A DNA stretch of 64,000 bases from Myxococcota bacterium (GCA_965140415.1 OZ223209.1:3520001-3584000); one strand, 5' to 3'; positions 1-10,996 are shown, numbered from the stretch's first letter. Notes: generated by a model not told the origin, from the letters alone. A program made the numbers and translations.

Positions 1-965
1 GCTCGCAGGCGACAAAGCAGGCCATCTGGTGCCCACACATTTACATTGACCGGTCCGGGTTGGACATTGACGAAAGTTACATCTGAATTCTTCATATTAA
101 TTCCTGATGTTTGTACATAATGACCATCTCTTTGCGCATAGCTTATCTCATATGGGGCATCAATACTGATGTTTGTACCATTGGCGCAATACACACCAGG
201 AACATGTGAGAATCGAGTGGACAATAACCCTTTTGCTTCATCGGGGAGAACACCAAGCTCTAAAACCTGTGTTTCCGATAGAAACTCCCTTCTGTAGCCA
301 GAGTAATAAAACATGTTCGTATTTTCGGTTTTCCCAGGAGTAAAGCTGGGAATTGAATTCTGAGTAGTTATTTGTAGTAAGAATTGAGAGTTCTTTGGAA
401 CTTCAATTACTGTATAAGGGTCTATTTGTGGGTCGCTAGAGCTAGGAACAGGATATTCTTCTCCATTGTAAATGATATGCGCTGGTTGGAGATAGCTTGG
501 AATAAAAAGCCGAGCTTCTACCTGCACCGTATCCGTTTCAATGTCTACCGTATCTTCTTCCCAATCTCCATCTTCTGATGTTTCGTTATCATTGACATCC
601 GATTCTTCAACTTGATCGACATCATCAATCGTATCAATCACATCATCTTCTACATCAAGTTCCGGCTCATCATCCTTGTCACCATCTGGATAGATATCTC
701 CGTCGTTAGACGAATCCTCTTCTAAATCACCGTCAATGGGTAGATCAAAATCAGGTTCTACATCCGGTTCGAGGTCAAAGCTATCATTGTCACCATCCGA
801 GATGGTTTCTGTCTCCAACTGTTCTTGCTCAGCAATGCTGTCTCTATCCAATTCCGCATCGCCATTCGGGCTGGGATCGTCGGAGCCGGAGCAGGAAATT
901 AAAGTAAAAAGGGAAAGGAAAAGAATGGACAGAAAAACGGCAGAAGAGGCGCGCGGAGTTGTCAT
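1..965 (-). CDS. Lipoprotein with acidic DGD-repeat linker (3' end runs off the window)
   Basis: Absent from the ORF track because there is no stop in the window. Hand translation from ATG at 965 gives MTTPRASSAVFLSILFLSLFTLISCSGSDDPSPNGDAELD...ISDGDNDSFDLEPDVEPDFDLPIDGD, with lipobox LIS-C. The same frame reads ...VWAPDGLLCRLR at the window edge. Confidence 0.8.
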   Translation of the reverse strand, partial: MTTPRASSAVFLSILFLSLFTLISCSGSDDPSPNGDAELDRDSIAEQEQLETETISDGDNDSFDLEPDVEPDFDLPIDGDLEEDSSNDGDIYPDGDKDDEPELDVEDDVIDTIDDVDQVEESDVNDNETSEDGDWEEDTVDIETDTVQVEARLFIPSYLQPAHIIYNGEEYPVPSSSDPQIDPYTVIEVPKNSQFLLQITTQNSIPSFTPGKTENTNMFYYSGYRREFLSETQVLELGVLPDEAKGLLSTRFSHVPGVYCANGTNISIDAPYEISYAQRDGHYVQTSGINMKNSDVTFVNVQPGPVNVNVWAPDGLLCRLR

Positions 966-1052
966 TCTCTGCGCAGGTAGAGAATCCAGAGACAATACAC
1001 TTCCCGTTCTCATTTCTCCACCTCCCCAAATTGTGCAGACGAAACTCGTTTA

Positions 1053-2129
1053 TTATTCTTCCACGGCTTTTAGCACCTGGGTCTTGGTCGCACTGGAGGA
1101 CACGCGCAGTTTGTGCTTTTTGCCCAGCACCATGCCAATCACTTTGCTGCGGTTACCGACTTTGCAGCCGGAAAAGACAATCGCCTCGCTTACCTGGCTG
1201 TGCTTTCCCAACTGGCAGTTATCGCCGACAATGGCGTAAGGACCGATATGGGCCTTGTCTCCGATTTTGACATTGTGACCCACAATAAACGGCGGTTTGA
1301 ATTCGATCTCCGAGCCCAGTTCTACATTCTCCCCCAGGCAAGCCAGTTCGGAACGTTCCTTGGCCGGTTTGAGAGTGAAGTGAGCGAGCGGATCGTAGTG
1401 CCGCAACGAGATTTTACGATCGAGATAGGACATGTTAGCGGCGAAATAGGTTTCGGGGCGACCTAGATCGCTCCAAAAGCCTTCCATCAGGTAGCCCAGC
1501 ACCTTTTCGCCGTTGCGTATCATCTTGGGATAGGCATAAGCATTGATGCAGGAATTGATGTTTGGGGGAATGTATTCGAAGATTCGTGGTGACAGAATAT
1601 GCACGCCGGTAAAGACCGCCGGGGTGCGTTCGCTTTCGCGCACGTCTTCCAGCCGACCGGCGATATTGCGAATGGCAAAGTTTTCATCAACTTCCACCGC
1701 CCCGTATACCTGAATCGGAGCGTGTTGCGTCAGCACCATGGTCGCCGTTGCGCCGTGCCTGCGATGAAAGTGAATGGCGTCCTCCAAATCGCAGTCGAGC
1801 AGGATATCGGCATTCATCACCACAAAGCATTCTTCATCGGCAAAAAACGGCTCGACCAGTTTCAGTCCACCACCGGTACCCCAGAGTTCCTCTTCGTAGC
1901 TGTAGGTAATGCGAACGCCCATCACCGAGCCATCGCCCAGTTCCTGCTCGATCATGCGCGGCAGGTGGTAGAGGTTGATGACGATATCGGTAATGCCGTG
2001 ATGCTTGAGAAATTCGAGGTTGTAGCGAATGACAGGCAGGTTGACAACGGGGAACAAGGGTTTAGGACGTTGTTCCGTCAATGGCATGAGGCGTTCGCCC
2101 AGCCCGGCGGCAAGAATCATCGCTTTCAT
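1053..2129 (-). CDS. Sugar-1-phosphate nucleotidyltransferase (MurU/GDP-mannose pyrophosphorylase-like) with C-terminal hexapeptide-repeat domain
   Basis: MKAMILAAGLGERLMPLTEQRPKPL signature, WGTGGG, WSDLG and C-terminal left-handed beta-helix repeats. The ATG at 2129 overlaps the upstream stop (ATGA). Confidence 0.88.
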   Translation of the reverse strand: MKAMILAAGLGERLMPLTEQRPKPLFPVVNLPVIRYNLEFLKHHGITDIVINLYHLPRMIEQELGDGSVMGVRITYSYEEELWGTGGGLKLVEPFFADEECFVVMNADILLDCDLEDAIHFHRRHGATATMVLTQHAPIQVYGAVEVDENFAIRNIAGRLEDVRESERTPAVFTGVHILSPRIFEYIPPNINSCINAYAYPKMIRNGEKVLGYLMEGFWSDLGRPETYFAANMSYLDRKISLRHYDPLAHFTLKPAKERSELACLGENVELGSEIEFKPPFIVGHNVKIGDKAHIGPYAIVGDNCQLGKHSQVSEAIVFSGCKVGNRSKVIGMVLGKKHKLRVSSSATKTQVLKAVEE

Positions 2130-3193
2130 GACACCAACCTTTCCTCGAAACGAGCGAGTAAAGCGGCTAACGGTGCAAACTCCGGCACCTGTTTCAAAGC
2201 CCAATTTACATAGGATAGGCTATCTGGGATAAAGGGCAAGAACCAATTGTTGTGTTTCACACGGTCGATAAACACAAAGCGCCCGGCATCTTTTAACTTT
2301 CGCTGGATCGTCTGCAAGTAAAAGCCCCGCAAAAACGCATCTTTGCTCTCTGCCGCAGCCTGCCCCGTTACGGTCTCAAAACGTTGCAGGTAGTAGTCGA
2401 TCAGTTCCAGTACAAGCGATGGCTCCAGCGGAATGTAGGAATCGCGCAACAACGCAACCAGATCGTACGGGCGCGGCCCGATCAGCGCATCCTGAAAATC
2501 GATCAGCACCAGCCGTTCCGGCATCACCATCAAATTGCGGCTCTGAAAGTCGCGATGCACTAACTGCTGCGGCAAGCGCTGCAACTCGTTGCAAATCTCA
2601 CTGAAATACGTCGTGATTTCATTGCGCAACTCGGTGTCGATAATAACACCATGCAACGCTTCGATGCCCCACTCCAGATAATGTTCGAACTCCCACATGA
2701 GAAGTTTGTGGTCGAAGCTGCGCGAATAGGCCACGGATTCCTTTGCATCATCCTTTAACGTTGCGGCCTGCATACTCACAAGCAAATCGATCGCTTTGCA
2801 ATACCAATCTTTTTGGGTGGCTCTGTCGGCAGCCTTCACCAAAGCATACATCTGCTGATCACCCAGATCCTCCAGCAGAATCAAACCGTTTTGGACATCG
2901 GCGAAATACAATTCGGGTACCGGCAACTGACAGCGCTGAAAATAGCGAAGCATGTTAACAAACGGGAATTCGTCCACATTGCCATGCTGACTCATGCCCT
3001 CTTCGGAACGAAACGCCGTTTCGGGTTCAAATACCATGGCAACCAGATTACGCGGCTGGGGACCATTGTCGAAGCGAATTCGGAAATATTCGCGGTTACT
3101 GGCATCGCCTGCCAGTTTATCGACAGAAAAAGCAGACGTCCGCTCTCGATGCAGATGGGTTAAATACTCCGGTAAGATTGTTGCCAACTCCAT
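2126..3193 (-). CDS. amgK: AmgK-like anomeric MurNAc/GlcNAc kinase (aminoglycoside phosphotransferase family)
   Basis: LAGDASNREYFR, LLEDLGD, HRDFQSRNLM, IDFQDAL-GP--YDL and QRKLK-AG-F motifs; coupled to the nucleotidyltransferase. Confidence 0.8.
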   Translation of the reverse strand: MELATILPEYLTHLHRERTSAFSVDKLAGDASNREYFRIRFDNGPQPRNLVAMVFEPETAFRSEEGMSQHGNVDEFPFVNMLRYFQRCQLPVPELYFADVQNGLILLEDLGDQQMYALVKAADRATQKDWYCKAIDLLVSMQAATLKDDAKESVAYSRSFDHKLLMWEFEHYLEWGIEALHGVIIDTELRNEITTYFSEICNELQRLPQQLVHRDFQSRNLMVMPERLVLIDFQDALIGPRPYDLVALLRDSYIPLEPSLVLELIDYYLQRFETVTGQAAAESKDAFLRGFYLQTIQRKLKDAGRFVFIDRVKHNNWFLPFIPDSLSYVNWALKQVPEFAPLAALLARFEERLVS

Positions 3194-3381
3194 ACTTTTA
3201 CTCAATTCACATGTCGTTTACGCCAGAAGCGGACATTCGTTTCCGAAACAGCGTTGATAAGGAGAAGAATGATTGTCGAACCAACACAAACCGCGAATCG
3301 CGCTGTGAGGCATTCAACGTTCAACCGGCCAATGCAACGACAACTGGAACAACGGGACTTGCCGGATATATCGGAGGGCAG

Positions 3382-3410
3382 AGTATAAACCCGACATGGC
3401 GGCTTGTCAA
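3382..3410 (-). promoter_or_regulatory. Sigma70-type promoter upstream of amgK
   Basis: Minus strand TTGACA-17bp-TATACT. Confidence 0.7.
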
Positions 3411-3467
3411 AGGCTCGATCCAATACCGGAAGCCAGGAAAATCCCCTGCTTTTTTCTTCGTGTATAG

Positions 3468-4661
3468 TTACTTCAAACGCACGTTGGCAAAACGCCGCTT
3501 CCCACAGCGGATCAATCCGGAGAAGCCACGCGCCAGGGTCTGATCGATTGAAGCGACCTTTTCATCATCGATTTTGACCGCGCCCTGCTTGATCATGCGG
3601 CGACCTTCGCCGTTGGATTTGACAAATCCCAACTGCACAAGCAATTTAGCAATTTCAAGGGTGTCCTCTTCCAGCGCGATTTCATGATCTTCGGCTTTGA
3701 TTTCCGGCTTTCGGAAAGCCGCTTTTGCCTCTTCGAGAGCCTGTTTCCCTTTGTAGCGCACCACGAACTCTTCGGCCAATAGCACCTTGACTTCCATCGG
3801 GTTTCGACCCTGCTGAATGTCGTTTTTAAAGGCCTGGATTTCGTCCAGGCTACGCTCGGAACACAGCTCGAAATACTTCCACATCATCTCATCGGAGATC
3901 GACATCGTTTTGCCGTAAATGTCCTTGGCTTCTTCATCGACTCCAATGTAATTATTCAACGATTTCGACATCTTATTGACGCCGTCCGTACCTTCCAACA
4001 GGGGCACCGTCATTACGACCTGCGGAGACTGGCCCATCGCCTTCTGGATATCGCGCCCCACCAGCAAGTTGAAGATCTGATCGTGTCCACCTAGTTCGAC
4101 ATCGGCTTTAAGCGCCACGGAATCATAGGCTTGCACGAGCGGATACAGAAATTCATGAATCGCAATGGAGCGATTCTCCCGGTAGCGGGTGCGGAAATCG
4201 TCACGTTCCAACATGCGCGCCACGTTGTACTGAGCCGCCAGTTCGATCATCTCCTGGGCAGTCAGTTTGCTCATCCATTCGCTATTGAAACGCACTTCCG
4301 TCTTTTCTTTGTCCAAAATCTTGAAGACTTGCGCCTGGTAGGTTTCCGCATTGGCGATCACCTGCTCGCGGGTCATTTTGGGACGAGTAATCGATTTTCC
4401 GGTCGGATCGCCGATCATACTGGTGAAATCACCGATAAGAAAGATCACCTGGTGCCCGAACTGCTGAAACTGGCGCATTTTGTTCATCAAAACCGTGTGA
4501 CCGAGATGCAGATCGGGTGCGGTCGGATCGAAACCGGCCTTGATACGCAGGCTGCGCCCTTCACTGGCGGCAAGCTTCAGTTTCTGAACAAGTTCTTCCT
4601 CACTGTACAGATCGACAACACCGCGTTTCAGTTCAACCAGTTGTTCGTTGATATCACTCAT
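3468..4661 (-). CDS. tyrS: Tyrosine--tRNA ligase
   Basis: [18 protein letters not shown] and C-terminal S4-like domain. Confidence 0.98.
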   Translation of the reverse strand: MSDINEQLVELKRGVVDLYSEEELVQKLKLAASEGRSLRIKAGFDPTAPDLHLGHTVLMNKMRQFQQFGHQVIFLIGDFTSMIGDPTGKSITRPKMTREQVIANAETYQAQVFKILDKEKTEVRFNSEWMSKLTAQEMIELAAQYNVARMLERDDFRTRYRENRSIAIHEFLYPLVQAYDSVALKADVELGGHDQIFNLLVGRDIQKAMGQSPQVVMTVPLLEGTDGVNKMSKSLNNYIGVDEEAKDIYGKTMSISDEMMWKYFELCSERSLDEIQAFKNDIQQGRNPMEVKVLLAEEFVVRYKGKQALEEAKAAFRKPEIKAEDHEIALEEDTLEIAKLLVQLGFVKSNGEGRRMIKQGAVKIDDEKVASIDQTLARGFSGLIRCGKRRFANVRLK

Positions 4662-5449
4662 CGATTCTCCTCCAATGGCGTGGAAACCCGCTGGATGGCG
4701 GTTGCTTCTCCGCTTTGCTCATCGACATCCACGATCACGCCCTGCATCCAGCAATCTTTCTTGGCCGCCTCGAAACTGACGGGACGCCCATGCAGAAAGC
4801 GCTCGATTACTTTTTCTTTTTTCATGCCGATAATCGAATCCCGAGGGCCGGTCATCCCCAAATCGGTAATGATAGCCGTACCTTTGGGTAAAATACGCTC
4901 GTCGGCAGTCTGCACGTGGGTATGCGTTCCCACAACGGCGGAAACGCGCCCATCCAAATACCAGCACAATCCAAGCTTCTCACTGGTGGCTTCCGCATGG
5001 AAATCCACCAAGCGAATCTTGATATCATCATCCAATTGCCCCAGAAGCTGGTCCGCTTTGCGGAAAGGGCAATCGATCGGATTCATGAATACCCGCCCCA
5101 TCAAATTTAGCACGGCGACTTTCACACCAGGCTTGGCCTCGTACACCAACATCCCTTTTCCCGCGCAAGGCTCGGGAAAGTTAGCCGGTCGCAACAGCAT
5201 CGGCTCATTCGGCAAGAAGCCGTATACATCCCGATGGTGCCAGATATGGTTGCCACTGGTGCCGATCTGTACACCGGCAGCCTTAAGCTTCGAAAATCGC
5301 TTGGCATCGATCCCCCTGCCGCCAGTCGCATTTTCGACATTGGCGACGACCAGATCAATCCCTTCCTCCTTAATCAAAGGAGGCAGCAAAGTGGATATGG
5401 CGTTACGACCCGCACGCCCGAACACGTCTCCGATTAACAGAATCCTCAT
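4658..5449 (-). CDS. ymdB: YmdB-like metallophosphoesterase (TIGR00282 family)
   Basis: [28 protein letters not shown] and [11 protein letters not shown] motifs; downstream of rny. Confidence 0.95.
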   Translation of the reverse strand: MRILLIGDVFGRAGRNAISTLLPPLIKEEGIDLVVANVENATGGRGIDAKRFSKLKAAGVQIGTSGNHIWHHRDVYGFLPNEPMLLRPANFPEPCAGKGMLVYEAKPGVKVAVLNLMGRVFMNPIDCPFRKADQLLGQLDDDIKIRLVDFHAEATSEKLGLCWYLDGRVSAVVGTHTHVQTADERILPKGTAIITDLGMTGPRDSIIGMKKEKVIERFLHGRPVSFEAAKKDCWMQGVIVDVDEQSGEATAIQRVSTPLEENR

Positions 5450-5487
5450 GTCGCGCTTTCTAAATAATAGTGATCAATCGCACGACC

Positions 5488-7050
5488 TTAGTTTGCTACA
5501 GCAGAGGATCGTGTCTCGCGAATCACCACGACTTTGATCTGTCCCGGATATGTCAGATCGGTTTCGATCTTCTTGGCGATATCCTTGGAAAGCACTACCG
5601 CACCTTCGTCGCTAATGTGCTCGGATTCCACCATCACGCGCACTTCCCGACCGGCCTGAATGGCAAAAGACTTTTCCACGCCCTGGAACGACAACGCGAT
5701 ATCTTCCAGATCCGCCAGACGCTTCACGTAGGATTCCAGAATTTCGCGACGTGCGCCCGGACGAGCGCCGGAAAGAGCATCGGCCGCCTGCACCAGAACG
5801 GCCAGAATCGTTTCCGGTTTTTCATCTTCATGGTGAGCAGCGATGGCGTGCACGACCTTGTCGCTTTCCCCATATTTTTTCGCCAGTTGCGCTCCGATCA
5901 CGGCATGAGAACCTTCCACTTCATGCGTCACGGCCTTGCCAATATCATGCAGCAAACCAGCTCGTCGCGCCTGTTTGACAGACAATCCAAGCTCACCGGC
6001 CATCATTCCCGCAATAAAACCGACTTCGATCGAGTGCGCCCATACATTCTGACCGTAGCTCGTACGCCAGCGCAAACGCCCCAGCAGTTTGATCACTTCG
6101 GCGTGAATGCCATGGATACCCAGATCGAACGCCGCCTGCTGGCCGAAGTCCTTGATCTTGGCATCCAGATCCTTCTCGCATTTCAGCACCATTTCCTCGA
6201 TACGAGCCGGGTGAATGCGCCCATCCTCAATCAAGCCTTCCAGCGCCATACGCGCGATTTCACGACGAATGGGGTTGAAACCGGACAAGACCACCGCTTC
6301 GGGGGTATCGTCGATGATCAAATCGATTCCAGTAGCGGCTTCCAATGCACGAATATTGCGACCCTCGCGACCGATAATGCGGCCTTTCATGTCGTCATTG
6401 GGCAAACCGACAACGGAAACCGTCCGTTCGGTCACATACTCACCGGCATAACGCTGAATCGCCAGCGCCATGATATTTTTCGCTTTGGATTCAGCGGTTT
6501 CCTGAGCTTCCTCTTCCACCTGTTTGATGTATTTCGCCGCATCGAGTTTGGCTTCATCCACCATGTTATCCAACAACTGCTTCTTTGCATCATCGGCGCT
6601 TAATCCGGCGATTCTCTCCAATTCCCTGGTCTGTTCCTTAACCAGTTCCTCTACGCGCTCCTCTCTCTTTTTCAAGTTGAGTTGCTGTGCATCCTGCTTC
6701 TGTTCGCGTCCGCGCAGTTCCTCTTCTTTTCGGTCGAGGTAGTCGGTTTTCTTGCTGATATTCTCTTCTTTCTGGAAGAGATGTTTTTCCAGTTTCTTCA
6801 ACTCGCCCTGCTGCTGGCGGGCTTCTTCTTCCACCTGCTGTTTGGCCTGTAGTTGAATTTCTTTCGCTTTCAGTTCGGCTTCTTTTAGCAGGCTATGGCT
6901 TTTCTGTTCCGCTTCGCGCTGCATCGACTTAGCCAGTTCCTCCGCATTTCCGATACGGTTGGCCTGAATGCTACGCTGTAAAACGAACCCAATACCGCCC
7001 CCAATAAGCAGTGCTATTAAGCCGATCACGGAATAAATGATCGCTTCCAC
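5488..7050 (-). CDS. rny: Ribonuclease Y
   Basis: N-terminal TM helix, coiled coil, KH domain ([17 protein letters not shown]) and HD domain (LLHDIGK). GTG start at 7050 follows an AGGA RBS, giving 520 aa. Confidence 0.97.
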   Translation of the reverse strand: MEAIIYSVIGLIALLIGGGIGFVLQRSIQANRIGNAEELAKSMQREAEQKSHSLLKEAELKAKEIQLQAKQQVEEEARQQQGELKKLEKHLFQKEENISKKTDYLDRKEEELRGREQKQDAQQLNLKKREERVEELVKEQTRELERIAGLSADDAKKQLLDNMVDEAKLDAAKYIKQVEEEAQETAESKAKNIMALAIQRYAGEYVTERTVSVVGLPNDDMKGRIIGREGRNIRALEAATGIDLIIDDTPEAVVLSGFNPIRREIARMALEGLIEDGRIHPARIEEMVLKCEKDLDAKIKDFGQQAAFDLGIHGIHAEVIKLLGRLRWRTSYGQNVWAHSIEVGFIAGMMAGELGLSVKQARRAGLLHDIGKAVTHEVEGSHAVIGAQLAKKYGESDKVVHAIAAHHEDEKPETILAVLVQAADALSGARPGARREILESYVKRLADLEDIALSFQGVEKSFAIQAGREVRVMVESEHISDEGAVVLSKDIAKKIETDLTYPGQIKVVVIRETRSSAVAN

Positions 7051-7157
7051 TATGGTATTCCTCCGAGATGAGAAGTTTAATGAAACGCCACTCCATCGGT
7101 TCACCTTCATACACTAAATGAAAGTCTCCCGTGGAATAAGCGGCAACGTTGTACCAC

Positions 7158-7365
7158 TTCCCCGCCAGTCGAAAGGTTTGGAATAGACGAGAATCCCTGC
7201 TGTTAAGGAATGAAGCCATCGGTGGCAAAGTCCACTGCTTTCCACACCACTGAAACCAATGGCTCATTATAAGTAACGAAAGCATATGCTTCCGAAGGTG
7301 GAATCCGTATTCCCGCTTAATCGACCGCGAGGGTCTGTATATAAACCGCCATACGGCGGGGTTTC
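7158..7365 (-). ncRNA. ssrS: Putative 6S RNA
   Basis: Lies directly downstream of zapA, the conserved 6S position. About 205 nt that fold as a rod: terminal CCCCGCC/GGCGGGG, internal CGGGAAT/ATTCTCG and apical GCCATTGGT/ACCGATGGC pairings. Ends are approximate. Confidence 0.6.
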
Positions 7366-7375
7366 CCTGCGCCCT

Positions 7376-7663
7376 TTAGGGCTTCGGGTCCAGCCGCTCG
7401 ATCTGAAGATCGACATCCTGAATCAAGCGGCTCACCTGTTCTCTGATTTCACGACGCTCCTGTTTCCACTGACGTTCTTTCTGAAAGAACTCGTCAATGA
7501 TATCCAGAGCGGCCAAAATCAGTATCTGCTCATTGGAACGCCCTCTTTGCCCCTTTTTCATAAGCGAAAGCTTCTGATCCAGGAACTCAGCCACTTCCAA
7601 TAAGTAGGATTCTTCGTAGCGACTATTGATACTATAGGTTTTCCCGGAAATCGTTAATTCCAC
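7376..7663 (-). CDS. zapA: Cell division protein ZapA
   Basis: VELTISGKTY...EESYLLEVAEFLD...ILILAALDI followed by a coiled coil; GTG start after GAGG. Confidence 0.88.
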   Translation of the reverse strand: MELTISGKTYSINSRYEESYLLEVAEFLDQKLSLMKKGQRGRSNEQILILAALDIIDEFFQKERQWKQERREIREQVSRLIQDVDLQIERLDPKP

Positions 7664-7740
7664 GGGTGGCCTCGCAAAATTAGAATCAATGAATATTCCA
7701 AGTAAATCCATTCATTTCGAATGAACATTTAATGGATCGA

Positions 7741-7770
7741 ATTATAGGCGGGGCAAGAGCAATAAGTCAA
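7741..7770 (-). promoter_or_regulatory. Sigma70-type promoter of zapA
   Basis: Minus strand TTGACT-18bp-TATAAT. Confidence 0.6.
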
Positions 7771-7826
7771 GGCAATTTTACCCATACCCACAGCGAATAT
7801 ATTAGACATCTCAACTTGATCCGAAC

Positions 7827-8588
7827 TTATGTCGCGATCTTTACAATCCAGTCTCGAATGGCATTAATCGCCTGTTCTCGATGTTCATCCTGTGAAAATC
7901 GATGATCGGCTTCATCCACCAGTAAAACTTCCGTTCTGCCAGGATGAGATATGGAAATCTGCTGCACCAGGTAGGGATCGATCAGTTCATCTTTCAATCC
8001 ATGCACGAAGAGAACGGGATTTTTAAACGAGGCCAATGCCCCGGGAATATTCTGCTTTTCTCCATCAGTAACGACATCGTAGGAAATCCGATGCCCCTCG
8101 AATTCAGACACTCCTGCGCGTTTCCATGCATCAAGCTGCTCGCTGGACATGCTTTCCCAGATCAAATCACTTTTCACTGCCGCCGCTAATAGTGCCAAAC
8201 CAAGGACGCGCTCCGGCATTTGCGCACCGACAAGTAACGACACGCCCGCTCCCATACTGGAACCTTCCAGCACAAAACGCTGCATTCCGCGCTGTTCAAG
8301 CATGCGAATCGCCGCTTGCAGGTCTTCGGCTCTCCCTCCGAACGTCATGACTTCCGGCGGTCCTTGAGATTCTCCTACTCCACTGAAATCAAAGCGAAAA
8401 GCAGGGAAACCCACTTCTGTCAGCTTTTCGCACAATGCCACATGCTTTTGGCTGTCTTTGCTGGAAAGCATGCCGTGGCTGAGTATTACCGCCACATCAC
8501 GCACCGGAGGACTGGGAAGATGTAAGATTCCGACCAGTTCCTGCCCTGATGGATTCTGAAAACGAATTCGTTCCGTGCTCGAAGTCAT
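7827..8588 (-). CDS. Alpha/beta hydrolase
   Basis: SHG, RFDFSGVGES, GSSMG elbow, VHGLKD and ADH. Confidence 0.9.
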   Translation of the reverse strand: MTSSTERIRFQNPSGQELVGILHLPSPPVRDVAVILSHGMLSSKDSQKHVALCEKLTEVGFPAFRFDFSGVGESQGPPEVMTFGGRAEDLQAAIRMLEQRGMQRFVLEGSSMGAGVSLLVGAQMPERVLGLALLAAAVKSDLIWESMSSEQLDAWKRAGVSEFEGHRISYDVVTDGEKQNIPGALASFKNPVLFVHGLKDELIDPYLVQQISISHPGRTEVLLVDEADHRFSQDEHREQAINAIRDWIVKIAT

Positions 8589-8608
8589 TACTGCTTCCCG
8601 CTATTCAT

Positions 8609-10093
8609 CTATTGAGCCGACAATTGAATCTCATCCACCCCGATCGTATTTCCGCCGCTATGGGTGGATACGAAACGCACATATAAGATGTGAGCGCCTT
8701 CTTGCAAGCAAACAGGGATAAACCCCTTTAAACTCAAACGAGTCTGGTCATTTGGGTCCAATCCGACGATGTTCAGATCGATAACGGAATTCCCCGAGCC
8801 ATCTGCAAGTACAAGAGGCAGAGAGCGATCATCGATAAACAAGCTGACTTCTCCCCAGTCGGAGCCGCCAACCAAACGCAGGAGCAGCGTATAAGGCCAG
8901 GTGGCATCCACAGTGAAATCGAAAGCCAACTGCTGGCCGACTTCCGTTGCATCCAATCTCACATATTGCCCATCGGAAAACTCAGTATCGCTGGTATCGT
9001 AGATTTGCGCACCATCGCTGCTGGCCTCCGAGTTGAAAACACTTTCCGCCGACAGGGATTGATACTGGATGATCGGCTCTTCCGTTCCGCATGCACTGTC
9101 GACCTCAAGATCGCCGTCGACCGGAACATCCAAATCACCATCCACCTGATCGCCATCTACAACATCTCCATCCGACTGATCGCCGTCAGGTTGATCGCCA
9201 TCCGGCGGTTGTGAGTCGCCATCGACTTCCACATCGGCATCTGTATCGCCATCCACGTCACCATCGACCGGCAGATCTCCGTCAGTGGCATCTCCATCCA
9301 CATCGCCATCCGGAGCAACGACATCCCCCGGATTAAACACCGTATCCAGGTAGCGCAGTTGCACCCATGCCTCACCGCTGATCTCCTCACACCCCAACAG
9401 GAAATCTACCCTGCCAGACAATGTCACATTGGCCAGCTTGAACACGAAATCATGAGTCTTGCTTTCCGTTGAACTGAGCAATTCGGTCACACGAACCATG
9501 ATGGTCGGCAGATCTTCCGGCAAGTCGTGACGATAGTACAATACCCGCTGGCGATTCAATTGCTTAGCAAACCAGGGCTGGTAAATTACGTTGCCATTTT
9601 CTGGGTCGATCCCGGATTGCCCAAAAAGCTCGACTTTCGAATAGGTACGGCACTTATCAGTAACAGTAAACACCGCATTTAAATTCATCAAATCGAACTG
9701 TAAAACCGGAATATCGCTTTCATCATCGCAACTTACAGACAAAAGCCCCTGCTCTCCCCAGGATTTGTCGACACTCAGATCATACTGAAAGGCATCGCCT
9801 TCCGTCGGATGCAGCCTGACATCCAGATCGACCTCGCCTTCCGGCATACCGAACCAATCCTGTACAACCGGCTCCGATGAATCGAAGTTGGCCTGCAAGG
9901 TACGGTCATATGGCGGCTCTGCGGTGATGGTGTAATAGCTGAGTGACGAGCAGGAGTCATCACGAACGAAAGACATCTCGATATTGACATCCTCCGGTAC
10001 GACATCGAATGAAAGCTGGCAGCCCACCAGAAGAGGCAGCAACAGACAAGCCAGCAGGACGGTGATATAAGTACGATTCGTCATTTTCATCAC
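8609..10093 (-). CDS. Lipoprotein with internal DGD linker and C-terminal CBM6/35-like beta-sandwich
   Basis: Lipobox LVG-C and about 13 DGD motifs. C-terminal pattern (AES...GQYVRL...FDFTV...LQEGAH...VDEIQL) resembles carbohydrate-binding modules. Confidence 0.7.
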   Translation of the reverse strand: MMKMTNRTYITVLLACLLLPLLVGCQLSFDVVPEDVNIEMSFVRDDSCSSLSYYTITAEPPYDRTLQANFDSSEPVVQDWFGMPEGEVDLDVRLHPTEGDAFQYDLSVDKSWGEQGLLSVSCDDESDIPVLQFDLMNLNAVFTVTDKCRTYSKVELFGQSGIDPENGNVIYQPWFAKQLNRQRVLYYRHDLPEDLPTIMVRVTELLSSTESKTHDFVFKLANVTLSGRVDFLLGCEEISGEAWVQLRYLDTVFNPGDVVAPDGDVDGDATDGDLPVDGDVDGDTDADVEVDGDSQPPDGDQPDGDQSDGDVVDGDQVDGDLDVPVDGDLEVDSACGTEEPIIQYQSLSAESVFNSEASSDGAQIYDTSDTEFSDGQYVRLDATEVGQQLAFDFTVDATWPYTLLLRLVGGSDWGEVSLFIDDRSLPLVLADGSGNSVIDLNIVGLDPNDQTRLSLKGFIPVCLQEGAHILYVRFVSTHSGGNTIGVDEIQLSAQ

Positions 10094-10099
10094 CCCTTC

Positions 10100-10996
10100 C
10101 TAATAGCTCACGCTGACGCTGGCGCCAGGTCGTCCGGGAATCGGTCCCGGGCCGAAGGTCACATAATCCGTCATCTGCTCTCCAACATTGAATCCATCCA
10201 GGAAAAAGAAAATTACAGAGATACCAGCCGCCGCACCGCCTGCATAGATCAAGGCGTTGCCCAAACGGTTCTGATCCTTGGCGTCGTTGTACAAATCCCG
10301 ATCGATAATGTACTGCTTGGCTTTTTCGTTGTAATCATCCACTTTCTGACTGGCCAGCACATCGAAAGTGATGCCCGTCGCGGCCAACCCCAATCCGACG
10401 ACCAGAGCGGTCCACTTGGTAATATCATAGGCCAAGATTTCATTGGTCCGAACTTCTTGAGGTTCACTCAACACCGGCACCGGCGCTTCGATAACACGTG
10501 GTCCAAGCAATAGCGCCGCCACGGCGTCTTTTATTTCGTCTTTTAGCTGGAAGCGATCGCCCTGTACGGTCAGCACCTTCTTTCGAAGTAACTCTTCCGT
10601 ATCGACCTGCCCCAGTGACACCGTAATGATGTACCCACCTTCGGTTTTCTGCACATTACCGGAAACCACCCATTTCAAGGCACAGCTTTCCGCTACGATC
10701 AGGTAGCAGTCCAGATCACCTTCGCACTGTTGTACATCTTCTTCACTGTTCTCGCCTTCGCTGAGTCGTTCGATATCCAGAACCGTAGCGGTATCATAAC
10801 CAGCAGCACGAGCGCCCTTTCTAGCCCAGTTATCCAATCGTTTTAAGATTCCATCCTGCAAATCCTTGCCGGAAAACGGAAAAACGGCAATCCGATCCGC
10901 AGCAGGCACACGCTCGGGATACTGTGGCTCGTCCTGCGCCCAAACCACCGATGAGAAACAAAATAGTAACAGGAGGACAGCAATAATCTGTCGCAT
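10100..10996 (-). CDS. Secreted hypothetical protein with C-terminal hydrophobic segments
   Basis: Signal peptide VWA-Q, two Gly-rich hydrophobic helices and a terminal beta-strand ending in Tyr. Confidence 0.7.
   Translation of the reverse strand: MRQIIAVLLLLFCFSSVVWAQDEPQYPERVPAADRIAVFPFSGKDLQDGILKRLDNWARKGARAAGYDTATVLDIERLSEGENSEEDVQQCEGDLDCYLIVAESCALKWVVSGNVQKTEGGYIITVSLGQVDTEELLRKKVLTVQGDRFQLKDEIKDAVAALLLGPRVIEAPVPVLSEPQEVRTNEILAYDITKWTALVVGLGLAATGITFDVLASQKVDDYNEKAKQYIIDRDLYNDAKDQNRLGNALIYAGGAAAGISVIFFFLDGFNVGEQMTDYVTFGPGPIPGRPGASVSVSY

Noticed and set aside
4131-6603. Long plus-strand ORFs (468 and 377 aa)
   Set aside because: Antisense shadows of tyrS, ymdB and rny with no recognisable motifs.
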